This document shows, piece by piece, positions 16,575 to 27,878 of a stretch of 64,000 bases of DNA. Origin of the DNA: Candidatus Omnitrophota bacterium (GTDB lineage Bacteria > Omnitrophota > Gorgyraeia > Zapsychrales > Fredricksoniimonadaceae). The position numbers and the translations under genes were made by a program. Position 1 is the first letter of the stretch. Every line of letters begins with the position of its first letter. The DNA lies in NCBI GenBank assembly GCA_903944345.1, contig CAJARJ010000012.1, positions 68,266 to 132,265 of the forward strand, in the 5' to 3' direction. The notes under the pieces are model-generated. The model was not told where the DNA came from. It did not search any database and saw nothing but the letters and a program-made list of their open reading frames with translations.

Positions 16575-18143
16575 TTATTTCTTTTTACCTTTAAGAAGCT
16601 TGTATTCAATGCTGTCCACCAGAGCTTCCCAGGAGGCTTCAATAATGTTTTCGTGAACCCCGACCGTAGTCCAGGTGTCCTGATCGTCCTGCGATTCGAT
16701 GAGAACGCGCACCTTGGCCGCCGTGGCATCGCGGGTATCAAGAACCCTAACCTTGTAGTCGGTCAGGCGCATATCTTTGAGTGAAGGATAAAAACCGGTC
16801 AAAGCATCACGCAAGGCGCGGTCAAGAGCCTCGACTGGCCCCACACTGTCTGCCGCGCTGAAACGCCGGTTGCCCTGCACGTCAATACGTACCGAAGCTT
16901 CCGCCCAGGCACGCCCGTCGGCGGCGCGTTCTGTATGCACCCGGAAACCCTCCAGTTTGAAGAATGGCTGATACTTCTTGAGATGCTTTTTCATGAACAG
17001 CTCAAAAGAAGCATCGGCCCCTTCGTACTGATAGCCGGCCAGCTCTTTTTCCTGTAACGCCTTGAGCAACTGGCTGGCGGTATCGGATTTCTTGTCCATT
17101 TCGACCGAGAACTCGCGGGCTTTCTGCAAAATCGGCATTTTACCGGCCAGTTCCGAAGTAATAAAGCGGCGATGATTGCCAAAAGTTTCCGGATCAAGAT
17201 GCTCGTAGGCTTTTGAATTCTTGAGAATGGCGTCAATATGCACTCCGGCCTTGTGGGCAAACGCCGAATGCCCGACAAAAGGATGATAGTCGGGAATCGG
17301 AAGGTTGGCCACTTCGCTGATAGCATAAGCCACGCTTTTAAGATCTTTGAGCTTCTTCTCGGGCAGAGTCAGGTAGCCCATCTTGGAGGAGAGGATGCCC
17401 ACAATCGTGGAAAGATCGGCATTGCCGCAGCGCTCGCCAAAACCGTTAAACGTTCCCTGCACCTGGATACAGCCGGCATCGACCGCCGCCAGTGAATTGG
17501 CCACAGCCAGATCCATGTCGTTATGCGTATGAATGCCCAGCGGACAGTCCAGAACTTCGCGCACCTCGGCAATGATCCCCGCAATTTCTTCCGGAAGCGA
17601 ACCGCCGTTGGTGTCGCATAAAACGATAATATCAGCGCCCGCATCCCGCGCCGTTTTGATGGCAGACAAGGCATATTCGGCATTATGCTTGTAGCCGTCA
17701 AAAAAATGCTCGGCGTCGTAGATCACTTCACGTTTCTTTTTCTTGAGAAAAGAAACCGAATCGCGGATGATTTCAAGATTATCTTCCAGGGTGGTGCGTA
17801 ACACTTCGGTGACATGCAAATCCCATGACTTTCCGAAAATACAAACCACCGGTGTTTTGGCCGCAATCAGAGCAGCATAATTGGGATCATCACAAGCCTT
17901 GATGCCCTTGCGCCGGGTGGAAGAAAACGCGCTCAACCGGGCATGCTTGAGCGGTGCCTTGACCATAGCGGCAAAAAAATCCCGATCTTTGGGATTGGAC
18001 CCCGGCCAGCCGCCTTCGACATAATGAACTCCGGCTTCGTCCAGACGGCGAGCGATCTTGATCTTGTCGGCCACGGTAAAAGAAACGCCCTCGGCCTGCG
18101 AGCCATCGCGCAATGTGGTGTCGTAAATCTGGATGGTTTTCAT
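16575..18143 (-). CDS. cimA: Citramalate synthase (LeuA/CimA family)
   Basis: YDTTLRDG.Q, EGGWPGSNPKD, FGKSWDLHV, YDAEHFFDG, GERCGN; start trimmed to MKTIQ. Confidence 0.9.
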   Translation of the reverse strand: MKTIQIYDTTLRDGSQAEGVSFTVADKIKIARRLDEAGVHYVEGGWPGSNPKDRDFFAAMVKAPLKHARLSAFSSTRRKGIKACDDPNYAALIAAKTPVVCIFGKSWDLHVTEVLRTTLEDNLEIIRDSVSFLKKKKREVIYDAEHFFDGYKHNAEYALSAIKTARDAGADIIVLCDTNGGSLPEEIAGIIAEVREVLDCPLGIHTHNDMDLAVANSLAAVDAGCIQVQGTFNGFGERCGNADLSTIVGILSSKMGYLTLPEKKLKDLKSVAYAISEVANLPIPDYHPFVGHSAFAHKAGVHIDAILKNSKAYEHLDPETFGNHRRFITSELAGKMPILQKAREFSVEMDKKSDTASQLLKALQEKELAGYQYEGADASFELFMKKHLKKYQPFFKLEGFRVHTERAADGRAWAEASVRIDVQGNRRFSAADSVGPVEALDRALRDALTGFYPSLKDMRLTDYKVRVLDTRDATAAKVRVLIESQDDQDTWTTVGVHENIIEASWEALVDSIEYKLLKGKKK

Positions 18144-18144
18144 G

Positions 18145-19365
18145 TTATTTTTCAAGTTGAAACGCCTTGTGCAGGATTTTAACCGCACTGTCCACCTTGT
18201 CCAGAGCAATAATACAGGAAATACTGATCTCGGACGTCGAGATCATTTCAATATTGATGGAAGCCTTGGCCAAAGCATCAAACATTCTGGCCGCAATTCC
18301 CTGGTGGGAACGCATGCCCGAACCAACAATGGAAACGCGGGCAATTTCCTTGGAGTGCAGAATCTGTCCGGCCTTGATCTTGGCGGAAGTTTCTTCGGCT
18401 ACCTGGATTGCCTTGGCCAGGTCGGTCTTGGGCACAGTAAAAGAAATGTCGGTCTTGCGGGTATGGCTGACGTTCTGGACAATCACATCAACATTGACGC
18501 CTGCCTCGGCAATAGCCTTGAAAATACGGGCAGAAACCCCCGGCTCGTCCGGAACAGCGCAAATGGTGATCTTGGCTTCGTTCTTGTTTGATGTCACGCC
18601 TGTTACCGCGACATCCTCGATCTTTTTGGTAGTCTTGACGATCATTGTTCCTTCCTCCCTGGAATAGCTTGAGCGCACATGCAGCGGAATATTAAAACGT
18701 TTGGCCACCTCGATGGAACGCGCCTGCATGACCTGCGCTCCCAGCGAAGCCATTTCAAGCATTTCATCAAAGGTGATCTCTTCAAGTTTGCGGGCTTCCG
18801 GCACCAGGCGCGGATCGGTTGTATAAATCCCGGTAACATCGGTATAGATTTCGCAGACATCCGCCTTGATCGCCTTGGCCAAAGCCACCGCGGAAAGGTC
18901 GGAGCCGCCGCGGCCAAGAGTGGTGATCTCCCCTTCTTCGGTGATCCCCTGATAGCCGGCCATGATCACAATCTCACCGGCCTTGAACGCCTTATTGATA
19001 CGCTTGTTGTCCACATGATGCACGCGGGCCTTGAGATGAGTGTTATCGGTCATAACACCAACCTGATAACCGGTCAGGGCCACAGAAGCAAAACCCAGCT
19101 CGCGCACCGCCATAGCCAGAAGCGCACAGCTGATCTGTTCGCCGGTTGACAATAAAAGATCCATTTCACGATCCGCCGGATTTTTGGAAATCTGAAAAGC
19201 CAGGGTCTCCAGATCGTCGGTGGTATCGGCCATGGCCGAAACGACCACGGCAATATCGGTATTTTTGTTTTTATAGGAAACAATCCGTTGAGCAACAGCC
19301 TTGATGCGCTCGGCATCCTTGACGGATGATCCGCCGTATTTCTGAACTACAATTCGTTTTTTCAT
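18145..19365 (-). CDS. lysC: Aspartate kinase
   Basis: VQKYGGSSV, TTLGRGGSD, two ACT domains. Confidence 0.95.
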   Translation of the reverse strand: MKKRIVVQKYGGSSVKDAERIKAVAQRIVSYKNKNTDIAVVVSAMADTTDDLETLAFQISKNPADREMDLLLSTGEQISCALLAMAVRELGFASVALTGYQVGVMTDNTHLKARVHHVDNKRINKAFKAGEIVIMAGYQGITEEGEITTLGRGGSDLSAVALAKAIKADVCEIYTDVTGIYTTDPRLVPEARKLEEITFDEMLEMASLGAQVMQARSIEVAKRFNIPLHVRSSYSREEGTMIVKTTKKIEDVAVTGVTSNKNEAKITICAVPDEPGVSARIFKAIAEAGVNVDVIVQNVSHTRKTDISFTVPKTDLAKAIQVAEETSAKIKAGQILHSKEIARVSIVGSGMRSHQGIAARMFDALAKASINIEMISTSEISISCIIALDKVDSAVKILHKAFQLEK

Positions 19366-19397
19366 AAATAACCCTTGTTGAAAATAGCGCCTGCTTT

Positions 19398-20594
19398 TCA
19401 GGCCTTTAGCAAACGGCGAACCATGGTCACGCCGCTGTCAAAAATAACTCCCGCCCTGGCTGCAGAAACCTCATTGTAACTGTCCAGACCGTTGTGTTCA
19501 ATACCTTTCCCGTAGATAACGCAGGGAACCGGAACACTGGTATGTGTTCGTTTGGCGATCGGTGTGGGATGATCAGGCGTTACCAGAACACGTGCGTCCT
19601 TGCAAGAACGCACATAATCCAGCACCGGGCCGACTATATGACGGTCAAAGGATTCAACAGCCTCGACTTTGGCCTTCACATCACCATTATGTCCTGCCTC
19701 ATCGGTAGCTTCGACGTGGATATACACCAGATCTTTGGTGGCAAGCGAAGCCAGGCCATAGTCGGCTTTGCCGCGGTAATTGGTATCGTAATAACCGGTG
19801 GCTCCCGGAACATTGATAATATCCAGCCCCACGAGACGGCCGATCCCGTTAACCAGATCCACAGCGGAAATAATCGAGCCGGTCAGGCCATAGCGCTGAG
19901 CGAACGTTTCAAGCGCGGGCTTGCCCCCCTGCCCCCAGAACCAGACAGAATTGGCCGATTCATGCCCGGCCTGAACCCGTCTTTTATTCACAGGATGATC
20001 CTTGAGGATGCCTGCCGCCTTCCTAGCGTAACCGGCCAGAAAGTCTGCCCCCGGCCCCTGGGGAAGATACGGCGCGACCTTGCGCCCCATAATGTCGTGC
20101 GGCGGGGTGCAACGGGTATGGATAAAAGCAGCCGGATCATCTGTCTTGACCACTGCAATATGACGGTAACTTTTACCCGTATAGAATTTTACTTTATCGT
20201 CGGAAAGCTGAGCCGATATGGTCTGCATGATTTCGGCGGCGTCCTCGATAGAAATATGCCCCGCACTGTAATCAATCATGGCCTCATCGTAAATAGTCAC
20301 CAGATTGCAGCGGAACGCAAGCTCGTTGTTTTCAAGAATGATCCCCAGATTGGCCGCTTCGAGCGGCGCCCGGCCGGAAAAACCTTTGGTGGCATCGTAG
20401 CCCATAACGGACATGTTGCCGACATCCGATCCCGGAGCCATTCCGGGAGGAATAATACGCACCATGCCGCTCAAGCCGCCAGCGGCCAGCGCGTCCATAA
20501 AAGGCGTATGCGCCGCCTCAAGCGGAGTTTTGCCGCCGAGAACTTCGAGAGGTTCGTCAGCTACTCCATCAGGTACAAGGATGATATATTTCAT
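19398..20594 (-). CDS. ApgM-like alkaline-phosphatase-superfamily enzyme (cofactor-independent PGM-like; candidate homoserine kinase)
   Basis: DGVADEP...GKTPLEAA, PGSDV, HVEATDEAGH, PDHPTP; sits among lysC/thrC/hom. Confidence 0.85.
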   Translation of the reverse strand: MKYIILVPDGVADEPLEVLGGKTPLEAAHTPFMDALAAGGLSGMVRIIPPGMAPGSDVGNMSVMGYDATKGFSGRAPLEAANLGIILENNELAFRCNLVTIYDEAMIDYSAGHISIEDAAEIMQTISAQLSDDKVKFYTGKSYRHIAVVKTDDPAAFIHTRCTPPHDIMGRKVAPYLPQGPGADFLAGYARKAAGILKDHPVNKRRVQAGHESANSVWFWGQGGKPALETFAQRYGLTGSIISAVDLVNGIGRLVGLDIINVPGATGYYDTNYRGKADYGLASLATKDLVYIHVEATDEAGHNGDVKAKVEAVESFDRHIVGPVLDYVRSCKDARVLVTPDHPTPIAKRTHTSVPVPCVIYGKGIEHNGLDSYNEVSAARAGVIFDSGVTMVRRLLKA

Positions 20595-21274
20595 TTTCTT
20601 ATTCTGCCGATCTCGGTTAAAAGAACTTTGGCTATCGCGGCTCTGGAACTTTTTAACGGGGTTAACGTTTTGTCCGCCCGCATAATACAGGCCCGGTAAG
20701 ACGGTGTCAGCGTATTTATCAGAACCAGATCCGCCCGGGAAGAGGCCATAAGACGCGTGGCGGCCGCTGTTCCCTGCTCTATATTGTCGGCCAGCTTGAA
20801 AGCTGCCAGAATCGCTTGCGGCAGCCGGGTTTTGATCGTATCCACCAGTTTGGCCGTGGGCTTGAGCTGCAAGCTCAGGGTCCGGGCAGAAGAAATTTTC
20901 TTGTCAAACAGGCGAACCGGAGCAAAGTCCGAAACCGCAGCCGCATGAATAACACAATCATAGGGCTTGCCGCACTCGGCCTCCAGCGCCGACTGTAATT
21001 CATGATAATAGAAAAACTTTTTTATTGCCACCCCTTTGAGAGGTTCGCACGCGCCAACAGCCCCCTCGAGCAAGGTGACCCTGGCGCCGGCCTCTGACAA
21101 AAGGCGCGCAATAATCCGCCCCATCGCTCCGGTAGAGCGGTTGGTAATAATCCGGGTGCTGTCAATTGCTACAGCCGTGGGACCACTTGTGATCAGCACC
21201 CTGGAGTGATTATAAACCGATCTGCTTGAGGATGGCATGAATATCCGCCTTGAGGACAACCGGATCCTGGACAC
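20591..21274 (-). CDS. coaB: Phosphopantothenate--cysteine ligase (CoaB domain only; true start probably downstream)
   Basis: [32 protein letters not shown]. Confidence 0.8.
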   Translation of the reverse strand: MSRIRLSSRRIFMPSSSRSVYNHSRVLITSGPTAVAIDSTRIITNRSTGAMGRIIARLLSEAGARVTLLEGAVGACEPLKGVAIKKFFYYHELQSALEAECGKPYDCVIHAAAVSDFAPVRLFDKKISSARTLSLQLKPTAKLVDTIKTRLPQAILAAFKLADNIEQGTAAATRLMASSRADLVLINTLTPSYRACIMRADKTLTPLKSSRAAIAKVLLTEIGRIRK

Positions 21275-22265
21275 AATGCATGGCCGATTTGGGATCCTTG
21301 AGGCCGTGACCGGTCAATGTACAGACAACCGATTCGCCCGGAGAAAACTTGAAGTACCCGTGGGCGGCAAGCTTAATAACCCCGGCCACAGAGGCGGCAG
21401 AGCCAGGCTCACAAAAAACGCCGTCAGAAGATGCCAGGAGCTGATAAGCCGAAAGAATTTCTTCGTCGGTGACCATATCAATAAGGCCACCGGAATTGTC
21501 GCGGGCGGCAACCGCCGACTGCCAGCTGGCCGGATTGCCGATACGAATAGCCGTGGCAATGGTTTCGGGATCCTTGATGATCCGGTTATGCACAATCGGG
21601 GCCGAACCAGCCGCCTGGAAACCAAGCATGCGCGGCAGTCTCTTGGCAAAACCGGCAGCGTGAAATTCGTTATAACCTTTCCAGTAGGCCGTAATATTGC
21701 CGGCATTCCCCACCGGAATGGCATGGAAGAACGGAGCATCGCCGAGATCTTCAACAATCTCGAAAGCGGCGGTTTTCTGTCCTTCAATACGAAAAGGATT
21801 GAGAGAATTGACCAGCTCTACCGGATGAGCGGAGGTGACTTGTTTGACCAGTTCAAGCGCGTCATCAAAATTTCCGTCAATCGCAATAACCTGGGCACCA
21901 TGGATCATGGCCTGGGCCAGCTTGCCCAGAGCAATATTGCCATTGGGAATAAGAACACAACATTTCATACCGGCACGCGAAGCATAGGCCGCCGCTGCCG
22001 CCGAGGTATTGCCGGTTGAAGCGCACATGACCACGCGCGCGCCTTTTTCAGCAGCCTTGGATATAGCCATGGTCATGCCCCGGTCCTTGAAGGAACCGGT
22101 AGGATTAAGACCTTCGTACTTGAGATAGACTTTAAGTCCGGTTTTCGCGGAAAGTACCGGCGAATGTATGAGGGGCGTATTGCCTTCGGAAAGGCTGATA
22201 ACCGGAGTCTTTTCGGAAACCGGAAGATAACGGCGATAACGTTCAATAAGCCCCTGGTACATCAC
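21210..22265 (-). CDS. thrC: Threonine synthase
   Basis: [13 protein letters not shown] (PLP lysine), [15 protein letters not shown]. Confidence 0.96.
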   Translation of the reverse strand: MMYQGLIERYRRYLPVSEKTPVISLSEGNTPLIHSPVLSAKTGLKVYLKYEGLNPTGSFKDRGMTMAISKAAEKGARVVMCASTGNTSAAAAAYASRAGMKCCVLIPNGNIALGKLAQAMIHGAQVIAIDGNFDDALELVKQVTSAHPVELVNSLNPFRIEGQKTAAFEIVEDLGDAPFFHAIPVGNAGNITAYWKGYNEFHAAGFAKRLPRMLGFQAAGSAPIVHNRIIKDPETIATAIRIGNPASWQSAVAARDNSGGLIDMVTDEEILSAYQLLASSDGVFCEPGSAASVAGVIKLAAHGYFKFSPGESVVCTLTGHGLKDPKSAMHCVQDPVVLKADIHAILKQIGL

Positions 22266-23560
22266 AGACGCTCCATGCGAATGACCACAGGAGTGGCTTT
22301 GGTTTCCTTGAGCTTGACAATCTGCTCGATAGCCTTGCGCAAGGAGCTTTCTTTGGCCATATGCGTAAGCATGACCAGCGGCACCGCCATGTTCTTGCTA
22401 ACAGCTTTCTGGGTAACCGAGGCGATGCTGATGCCCTCGTTGCCGAGAATGCCTGTTATTTTGGAAAGAACGCCGGGCCGGTCAATAACCATCAGGCGGA
22501 TATAATACTCGACTTCAACCTCCGACATCGGCCGCAATTCCAGAACTTCGAATTCTTCGGGATTATCGCCAATCCAGGTGCGGTCGACCAGGTCATTGGC
22601 CAACGCAAGGTTGATTAAATCGCTGAAAACACCCGATGCGGCCGCCATCTGTCCGGCTCCCTGGCCGACCAGAAGAACGTCGCCCAAAGCGTCAGCTTCG
22701 AGCAGAAGCGCATTGTAAACATTCTGAACGGAAGCCAGCGGATGAGTTTTGGCAATCAGGGTCGGATGAACCCGGGCTTCGACTTTACCGTCATTCTTCT
22801 TGGCAATGGCCAACAATTTGATGGCCAGACCAAGCTCATCGGCATATTTGAAATCTTCTGCCCCGATTTCCGTAATACCCTCGGTATAAATGTGCTCCTT
22901 GACCTTGAGAAACTTGCCCATGGCCAAAGCCACCAGCACCGCCAGTTTGTGGGCAGAGTCGGTACCGTTCACGTCAAGGGACGGATCAGATTCGGCATAA
23001 CCTTTTTCCTGGGCCATCTTGACAGCCTGGTCAAAGCTCAGACCGTTCTGGGACATCTGGGTAAGAATATAATTGCAAGTCCCGTTAACAATCCCGAAAA
23101 GCGCGTTATAACGGTTGCCGGCGATGCCCTCGGTAATCGTTTTGATGACCGGAACTCCGGCCAGAACAGCCGATTCAAAATAAACACTGCGTCCCTTGGC
23201 TCTGGCGTAGCGGAATAATTCCTGGCCGTAGCTGGAAATAACCGCCTTGTTGGCCGTTACAACATGTTTGGCATGCTCAAGCGCTCCGTGAATAATTTCG
23301 TAAGCCGGATGAACGCCGCCGATAACCTCGACCACCACATCAATCGCCGGGTCATTGAGGATTTCGTTGTAATTCTTGACGACATTGACCTTGCCCAGCG
23401 ATTTGACCAGTTTGGGGTCCACACGCAAATCGCAGATTGAAGTCAACTGAAGATCGACACCATACTTCGCCCTGACATAAGACGAGCGGCTCTTAATGAG
23501 TTTGGCGACACCCGCTCCGACTGTTCCCAGTCCAACCAGACCAATAGATATACTTTTCAT
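22262..23560 (-). CDS. hom: Homoserine dehydrogenase
   Basis: [28 protein letters not shown]-terminal ACT. Confidence 0.96.
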   Translation of the reverse strand: MKSISIGLVGLGTVGAGVAKLIKSRSSYVRAKYGVDLQLTSICDLRVDPKLVKSLGKVNVVKNYNEILNDPAIDVVVEVIGGVHPAYEIIHGALEHAKHVVTANKAVISSYGQELFRYARAKGRSVYFESAVLAGVPVIKTITEGIAGNRYNALFGIVNGTCNYILTQMSQNGLSFDQAVKMAQEKGYAESDPSLDVNGTDSAHKLAVLVALAMGKFLKVKEHIYTEGITEIGAEDFKYADELGLAIKLLAIAKKNDGKVEARVHPTLIAKTHPLASVQNVYNALLLEADALGDVLLVGQGAGQMAAASGVFSDLINLALANDLVDRTWIGDNPEEFEVLELRPMSEVEVEYYIRLMVIDRPGVLSKITGILGNEGISIASVTQKAVSKNMAVPLVMLTHMAKESSLRKAIEQIVKLKETKATPVVIRMERL

Positions 23561-23561
23561 T

Positions 23562-23942
23562 CTAGAGTTTCCCGGAATTATGATACTGCTCTATTTTATC
23601 AAGCACAGCCAGAACGGCAGAAGGCGCGTCGATAAAACGGACGCGTATTTCGTAAACCATTCCCTTGATCTTCTCCCTGACATGCAGAACCTCGCCATCG
23701 ACCAGAACCGATTGCGACAAAAAGGGCGTGTGCACTTCTATCGCAAGTTTAACTCCTTCTTTGAAAGGAGCCCGGGCAGAAAAACAAAGCCCGCCCTTGG
23801 AAATATTCTCGATCTGGGAAACTTCGTAATTCTGCGAGGGAGAATTCTTGTCGATGAAACGGATAATATAGTTCTTTTTAATACGGGCGAACTGGCGGCG
23901 TTCAGCTCCTTGCGGCTGCTGAGTGGACATGCTGCACCCCAT
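23562..23942 (-). CDS. PilZ-domain protein
   Basis: ERRQFAR (RxxxR) and NISKGG (D/NxSxxG) c-di-GMP-binding motifs. Confidence 0.85.
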   Translation of the reverse strand: MGCSMSTQQPQGAERRQFARIKKNYIIRFIDKNSPSQNYEVSQIENISKGGLCFSARAPFKEGVKLAIEVHTPFLSQSVLVDGEVLHVREKIKGMVYEIRVRFIDAPSAVLAVLDKIEQYHNSGKL

Positions 23943-23961
23943 TGTAAAAGAAAAAAATTAG

Positions 23962-24035
23962 TCGGAGCGGTGAGATTTGAACCCACGACCTCTTGAACCC
24001 CATTCAAGTGCGCTAGCCAGCTGCGCTACGCCCCG
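23962..24035 (-). tRNA. tRNA-Pro(GGG)
   Basis: CGGGGCGTAGCGCAGC...CTTGA-ATGGGGT-TCAAG...GTTCAAAT; CCA not encoded. Confidence 0.95.
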
Positions 24036-24114
24036 ATTTAAAACAAAATATGTGCTCCTGGAAAACAACAGGGAGCTATTATACAGAAAACATGGCTTGA
24101 GGCAAAGAAAAAAG

Positions 24115-25119
24115 CTATTCCTTCTTTAAAGAACGTCGCATCAGGTCTGCCACCACTTTCTGCGGAGGGCGACGTGTGTACACCATATCATAAACAGCCT
24201 GCGTAATAGGCATATCAATTTTTAATTTACGGGACAACCGGCAGACGGCTTTGGCGGTAACCACACCCTCGGCCACAGATGCCATTCCTGCAAGAATATC
24301 GTCGACCGGACGCCCCTTGCCAATTTCTTCGCCAACATGACGGTTGCGGCTCTGGGGGCTAAAACAGGTTGTGGCCAGATCGCCCAGCCCGGTAAGACCA
24401 TTGAAAGTTTCGGGTTTCGCCTTGAACGCGACACCGAGTCGTTTCATCTCAACCAGTCCTCTGGTCAAAAGGGCGGCCTTGGTATTTGTCCCGAACCCCA
24501 GTCCGTCGCAAACACCGCAAGCGAGCGCTATGATATTCTTGACACTCCCGCAAATCTCGACTCCCAGAACATCGGGATTGGTGTAGACCCGGAAATAATC
24601 GGTACTGAACAAGGCTTGTACCTCGGACATCCAGCGGGCATTGCGCGAGGCTGAAACCGCAGTAGTGGGCACCTTGCGGGCCACTTCAAGGGCAATAGTC
24701 GGCCCTGACAACACCGCCAGCGGCACCTTGCCCAGACGGGCTTCAACGAGCTGGGACATCGTCTTGAAATTCCGGACATCGATCCCCTTGACCACGCTTA
24801 CAAAGGCTTTATTTTTTAACGGCAGTTTTGCAATGCGCTTAAGGACAGGATCAAGATATTGCGAGGGAATAGCAATAATCAGGCAATTATGTCCTGCGAC
24901 CAGGTTCTCGAGTTTATCTGTATAAGTGATCCCCGCCGGCAAAACAATACCAGGCAGAAACCGCGCATTCTCCCGGGTAGCCGCCATCTTGTTAAGGTTC
25001 TCCGGAAATGGTCCCCAGACAGAAACCGCACACCCCTTCTCTGCCAGAAGTTTCGCCAGGGTTGTACCCCAGGCTCCGTCGCCAATAACACCAATTGAGG
25101 AAACAGCCGCTTTTGTCAT
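24115..25119 (-). CDS. gpsA: NAD(P)H-dependent glycerol-3-phosphate dehydrogenase
   Basis: GDGAWGT, LSGPT.A.EV, KNIIA, G.GDL..TC.S..SRN. Confidence 0.96.
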   Translation of the reverse strand: MTKAAVSSIGVIGDGAWGTTLAKLLAEKGCAVSVWGPFPENLNKMAATRENARFLPGIVLPAGITYTDKLENLVAGHNCLIIAIPSQYLDPVLKRIAKLPLKNKAFVSVVKGIDVRNFKTMSQLVEARLGKVPLAVLSGPTIALEVARKVPTTAVSASRNARWMSEVQALFSTDYFRVYTNPDVLGVEICGSVKNIIALACGVCDGLGFGTNTKAALLTRGLVEMKRLGVAFKAKPETFNGLTGLGDLATTCFSPQSRNRHVGEEIGKGRPVDDILAGMASVAEGVVTAKAVCRLSRKLKIDMPITQAVYDMVYTRRPPQKVVADLMRRSLKKE

Positions 25120-25122
25120 ATC

Positions 25123-26991
25123 TTACCCGTTTTTGTTGACCCGATACAAGACGAAGACCTCATTTTCATGAATTTTTTGCAGGACAACACTGTCGGGTGG
25201 TGCCGCATACTTCATGAAAACAATATAATCCGCCTTGTATTTGATAATTCCGTTATAAAGCGCATCTGACAAAGGCTCGCGGACAAAAACCTTGAACGCA
25301 TCAATATCCAGCATACGGCGGCGCCATTCGACCGCGGCTTTGATATCAAAACCAATAATCCCGCAATCACGATAATCGGTCAGAAGCGTCCGGTCCGAGT
25401 GAATACGAAAACCGCCCATCTCCATATCGTTGGGCGCCATAATAAGAGCGTCTTTGGGGGTATGGCTCTTAACATACTTCTGCATATCCTCCCAGTTGCG
25501 CTGTAACTGCCAGAAGCCGCCCCCCTGCCGGGTCATGTGCAAATACACATAATGGTTATAACAAAAAGAGGAAAACATCACAACAAAAGGCACAAGAAAA
25601 AGGCCTGTCCGCAAGCGGGTGTCCCAGCGTTCGTTACCGCGCAGCAGCATAACACCGAAAGCAAGACAACTTAACCCGCACAGCACCGCCAGCCAACGAA
25701 TCATCTTGATCCCCAGTGTCAGATCCAAAGGCCAGATGAGAACAAGATAAAAACCGGCCACCGCAAAAAAGACCAGCGACATAATCCAGGCGGAACGCCT
25801 GGCAGTCCGCCAGGCATCAGCGAGCAGAACCAGTCCCCCGGTCAAAGCCGCCAGCAATATGTCGGAAAACTCCTTGCCGTTACTGACTGCCAATAAGAGA
25901 CAAAACAAAACAACCTTCCAGAGCGGATCAAACCGGGAACGCCAGACAAGAAGCACTGTGTACCCCGAAAGAAGAATACGGACATACTGCTCATTGCGAA
26001 CCAGGTTAAGATCCAGGACAAAATGGCTGGGGACAACATAGCTGAAAACGTAAGTGGCGCCGACCAGTAACAGCGCAACAAAGGAAATAACCGCAACTTT
26101 ACGGTCCTTGCGAAACAAGGGGTTGACGCACCAGTGCACCATAAAAAGAACCACCGCAAAAATATAACTCTGCAGGCCTTCCAGCAACAGACGTGTATTG
26201 GCAAGTACTTCCGCCAGGGGCTTGTCCCCGAAAATAAAGGTCTGCGGACAGGAAAGTATGTAGAGTTCAATCCAGTTGTCATAAAGAGCCGGATCAGCGT
26301 TCAGGCGGGTTCTAAGAACTCGCTGAAACATCCAGATAATCAACGGCAAGGCACAAAGGACAAACCCCAGACAGGACTGGACAAGGCGCAGCCATTTGCG
26401 GTCTTTGTTAACCAGCAAAAGATAAGCCCCGAGATACACCATCGGAAACAAGGCGTAAAGGGCATGAATATTGGCCGCCAGACCAAAGATACAGGCTGCC
26501 AGAAAAAAACGTTCGCGATAAAAATAATAGATCCCGGCGAAAATGATCGGCAAGGCAAATTCCTGATGGGAAAACGTCCGGTAGATAAGCTCCTCGGTGC
26601 GTCCAATCAGGAAAACCGTGAGCGTACAGAAAAAAGCGGCCGCACGGTCTTTACCTGAAATAAACAGCCATAAACGGAAAATCCAGAAGAAAAAGAAATA
26701 CCGGACAACTACATAAAGAAAAAGATAAACGGCCGGAATGCTGTCTACAGATATGACACGAGATAAAAGAGGATATAAATAGGAGATGAAGTTGGCTTGC
26801 AGGCCATCCACATAATAATCACCAGGGTACAAAGACGGATCAATCAAACGTTTGAGCAGAGGAATTTCCAGATGCTGGTCGTCCCAACCGTAAATGTAAC
26901 GGTTGGTAAGCAAAAAAATCCCCAGGAGCAGGCCGGAAAGAAACCAGTCGCCGGAAAGGAATTTTTTAAGCATTTTGCCAGAAAATATCAT
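25123..26991 (-). CDS. Polytopic membrane protein, possibly GT-C-fold glycosyltransferase/polymerase
   Basis: Many TM segments; N-terminal loop DD.H...DP.LYPGD; adjacent to a GT2 gene. Confidence 0.6.
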   Translation of the reverse strand: MIFSGKMLKKFLSGDWFLSGLLLGIFLLTNRYIYGWDDQHLEIPLLKRLIDPSLYPGDYYVDGLQANFISYLYPLLSRVISVDSIPAVYLFLYVVVRYFFFFWIFRLWLFISGKDRAAAFFCTLTVFLIGRTEELIYRTFSHQEFALPIIFAGIYYFYRERFFLAACIFGLAANIHALYALFPMVYLGAYLLLVNKDRKWLRLVQSCLGFVLCALPLIIWMFQRVLRTRLNADPALYDNWIELYILSCPQTFIFGDKPLAEVLANTRLLLEGLQSYIFAVVLFMVHWCVNPLFRKDRKVAVISFVALLLVGATYVFSYVVPSHFVLDLNLVRNEQYVRILLSGYTVLLVWRSRFDPLWKVVLFCLLLAVSNGKEFSDILLAALTGGLVLLADAWRTARRSAWIMSLVFFAVAGFYLVLIWPLDLTLGIKMIRWLAVLCGLSCLAFGVMLLRGNERWDTRLRTGLFLVPFVVMFSSFCYNHYVYLHMTRQGGGFWQLQRNWEDMQKYVKSHTPKDALIMAPNDMEMGGFRIHSDRTLLTDYRDCGIIGFDIKAAVEWRRRMLDIDAFKVFVREPLSDALYNGIIKYKADYIVFMKYAAPPDSVVLQKIHENEVFVLYRVNKNG

Positions 26992-27006
26992 GAGAAAACT
27001 GCAGAT

Positions 27007-27711
27007 TTAGCGCCAACAGAAAATCTCGCGCAGGATTTCGAAATAGTAGGCCGCCCCCCATTTGAGAACCTGCAATTTCCGCTCGCCGCCTTCACGTTTG
27101 GGTTCGTCGCCAGGAATGTCCACCAGCTTCAGCCGTCGTTTGGCGGCTCGTATGGAAAGAAGCGGTTCCCAGCTGATATTTGTGTGAAAAAGTTTCTCTT
27201 CAAAAGAAAAACTGCTGTCCTTGTCCAGATCCAGCTCGGTAATCAGGTTTTTGCGGTAGATACGGTAAATGACCATGGCATCTGTATAGGCGGCACGATG
27301 GAAAAAATTGATCGAACCGGTAAAAAGCCAATTACCAAAACCGGTTACCGCATCGTCGTCGTAACTTTTGGCGCCCTGGGCATAACGGGAAACGATCACC
27401 ATATCGTAACCTTCGTTGAACTTGTCGATGCAGGGCTTAAGCAGTTCGGGAATCGAATTGCCGTCAGGACTGAATGTGAGGATGGCCTCACCCTTGATGT
27501 GCGGTAATGCATCCATGTAGGCACCGCGAATGCCGGGCGTCTTTTGCAGGACAACATCATAACCCATCTGGCGCGCAAGCTCAACCGTGCGGTCTTTGGA
27601 GTTGCCGTCGACAACCAAAATCTGGTCAAAAAGGCTTTTGTCGACTCTGGGCATGATAGTCTTCATCCCATCTTCTTCGTTCAAAGTCGGGATAAGGAGA
27701 GTAACTTTCAT
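27007..27711 (-). CDS. Glycosyltransferase family 2 (polyprenol-phosphate glycosyltransferase-like)
   Basis: LIPTLNEE, VVDGNSKDRT, VIVSRY. Confidence 0.9.
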   Translation of the reverse strand: MKVTLLIPTLNEEDGMKTIMPRVDKSLFDQILVVDGNSKDRTVELARQMGYDVVLQKTPGIRGAYMDALPHIKGEAILTFSPDGNSIPELLKPCIDKFNEGYDMVIVSRYAQGAKSYDDDAVTGFGNWLFTGSINFFHRAAYTDAMVIYRIYRKNLITELDLDKDSSFSFEEKLFHTNISWEPLLSIRAAKRRLKLVDIPGDEPKREGGERKLQVLKWGAAYYFEILREIFCWR

Positions 27712-27738
27712 GCAGCCTCTGCTTGGATTAGAAAAAAA

Positions 27739-27812
27739 TGGAGCGAGGGACGGGAATCGAACCCGCGTGACCAGCTTGGAAGGCTAGCGTTCTACCATTG
27801 AACTACCCTCGC
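27739..27812 (-). tRNA. tRNA-Gly(TCC)
   Basis: GCGAGGGTAGTTCAATGG...CTTCCAA...GGTTCGATTCC...TCCA. Confidence 0.96.
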
Positions 27813-27878
27813 AAAAAAAGCCTTGAAAGAGGAATATATATCAAGGAGAAAAGATAGTCAAGACCGATAGTTTAAATT

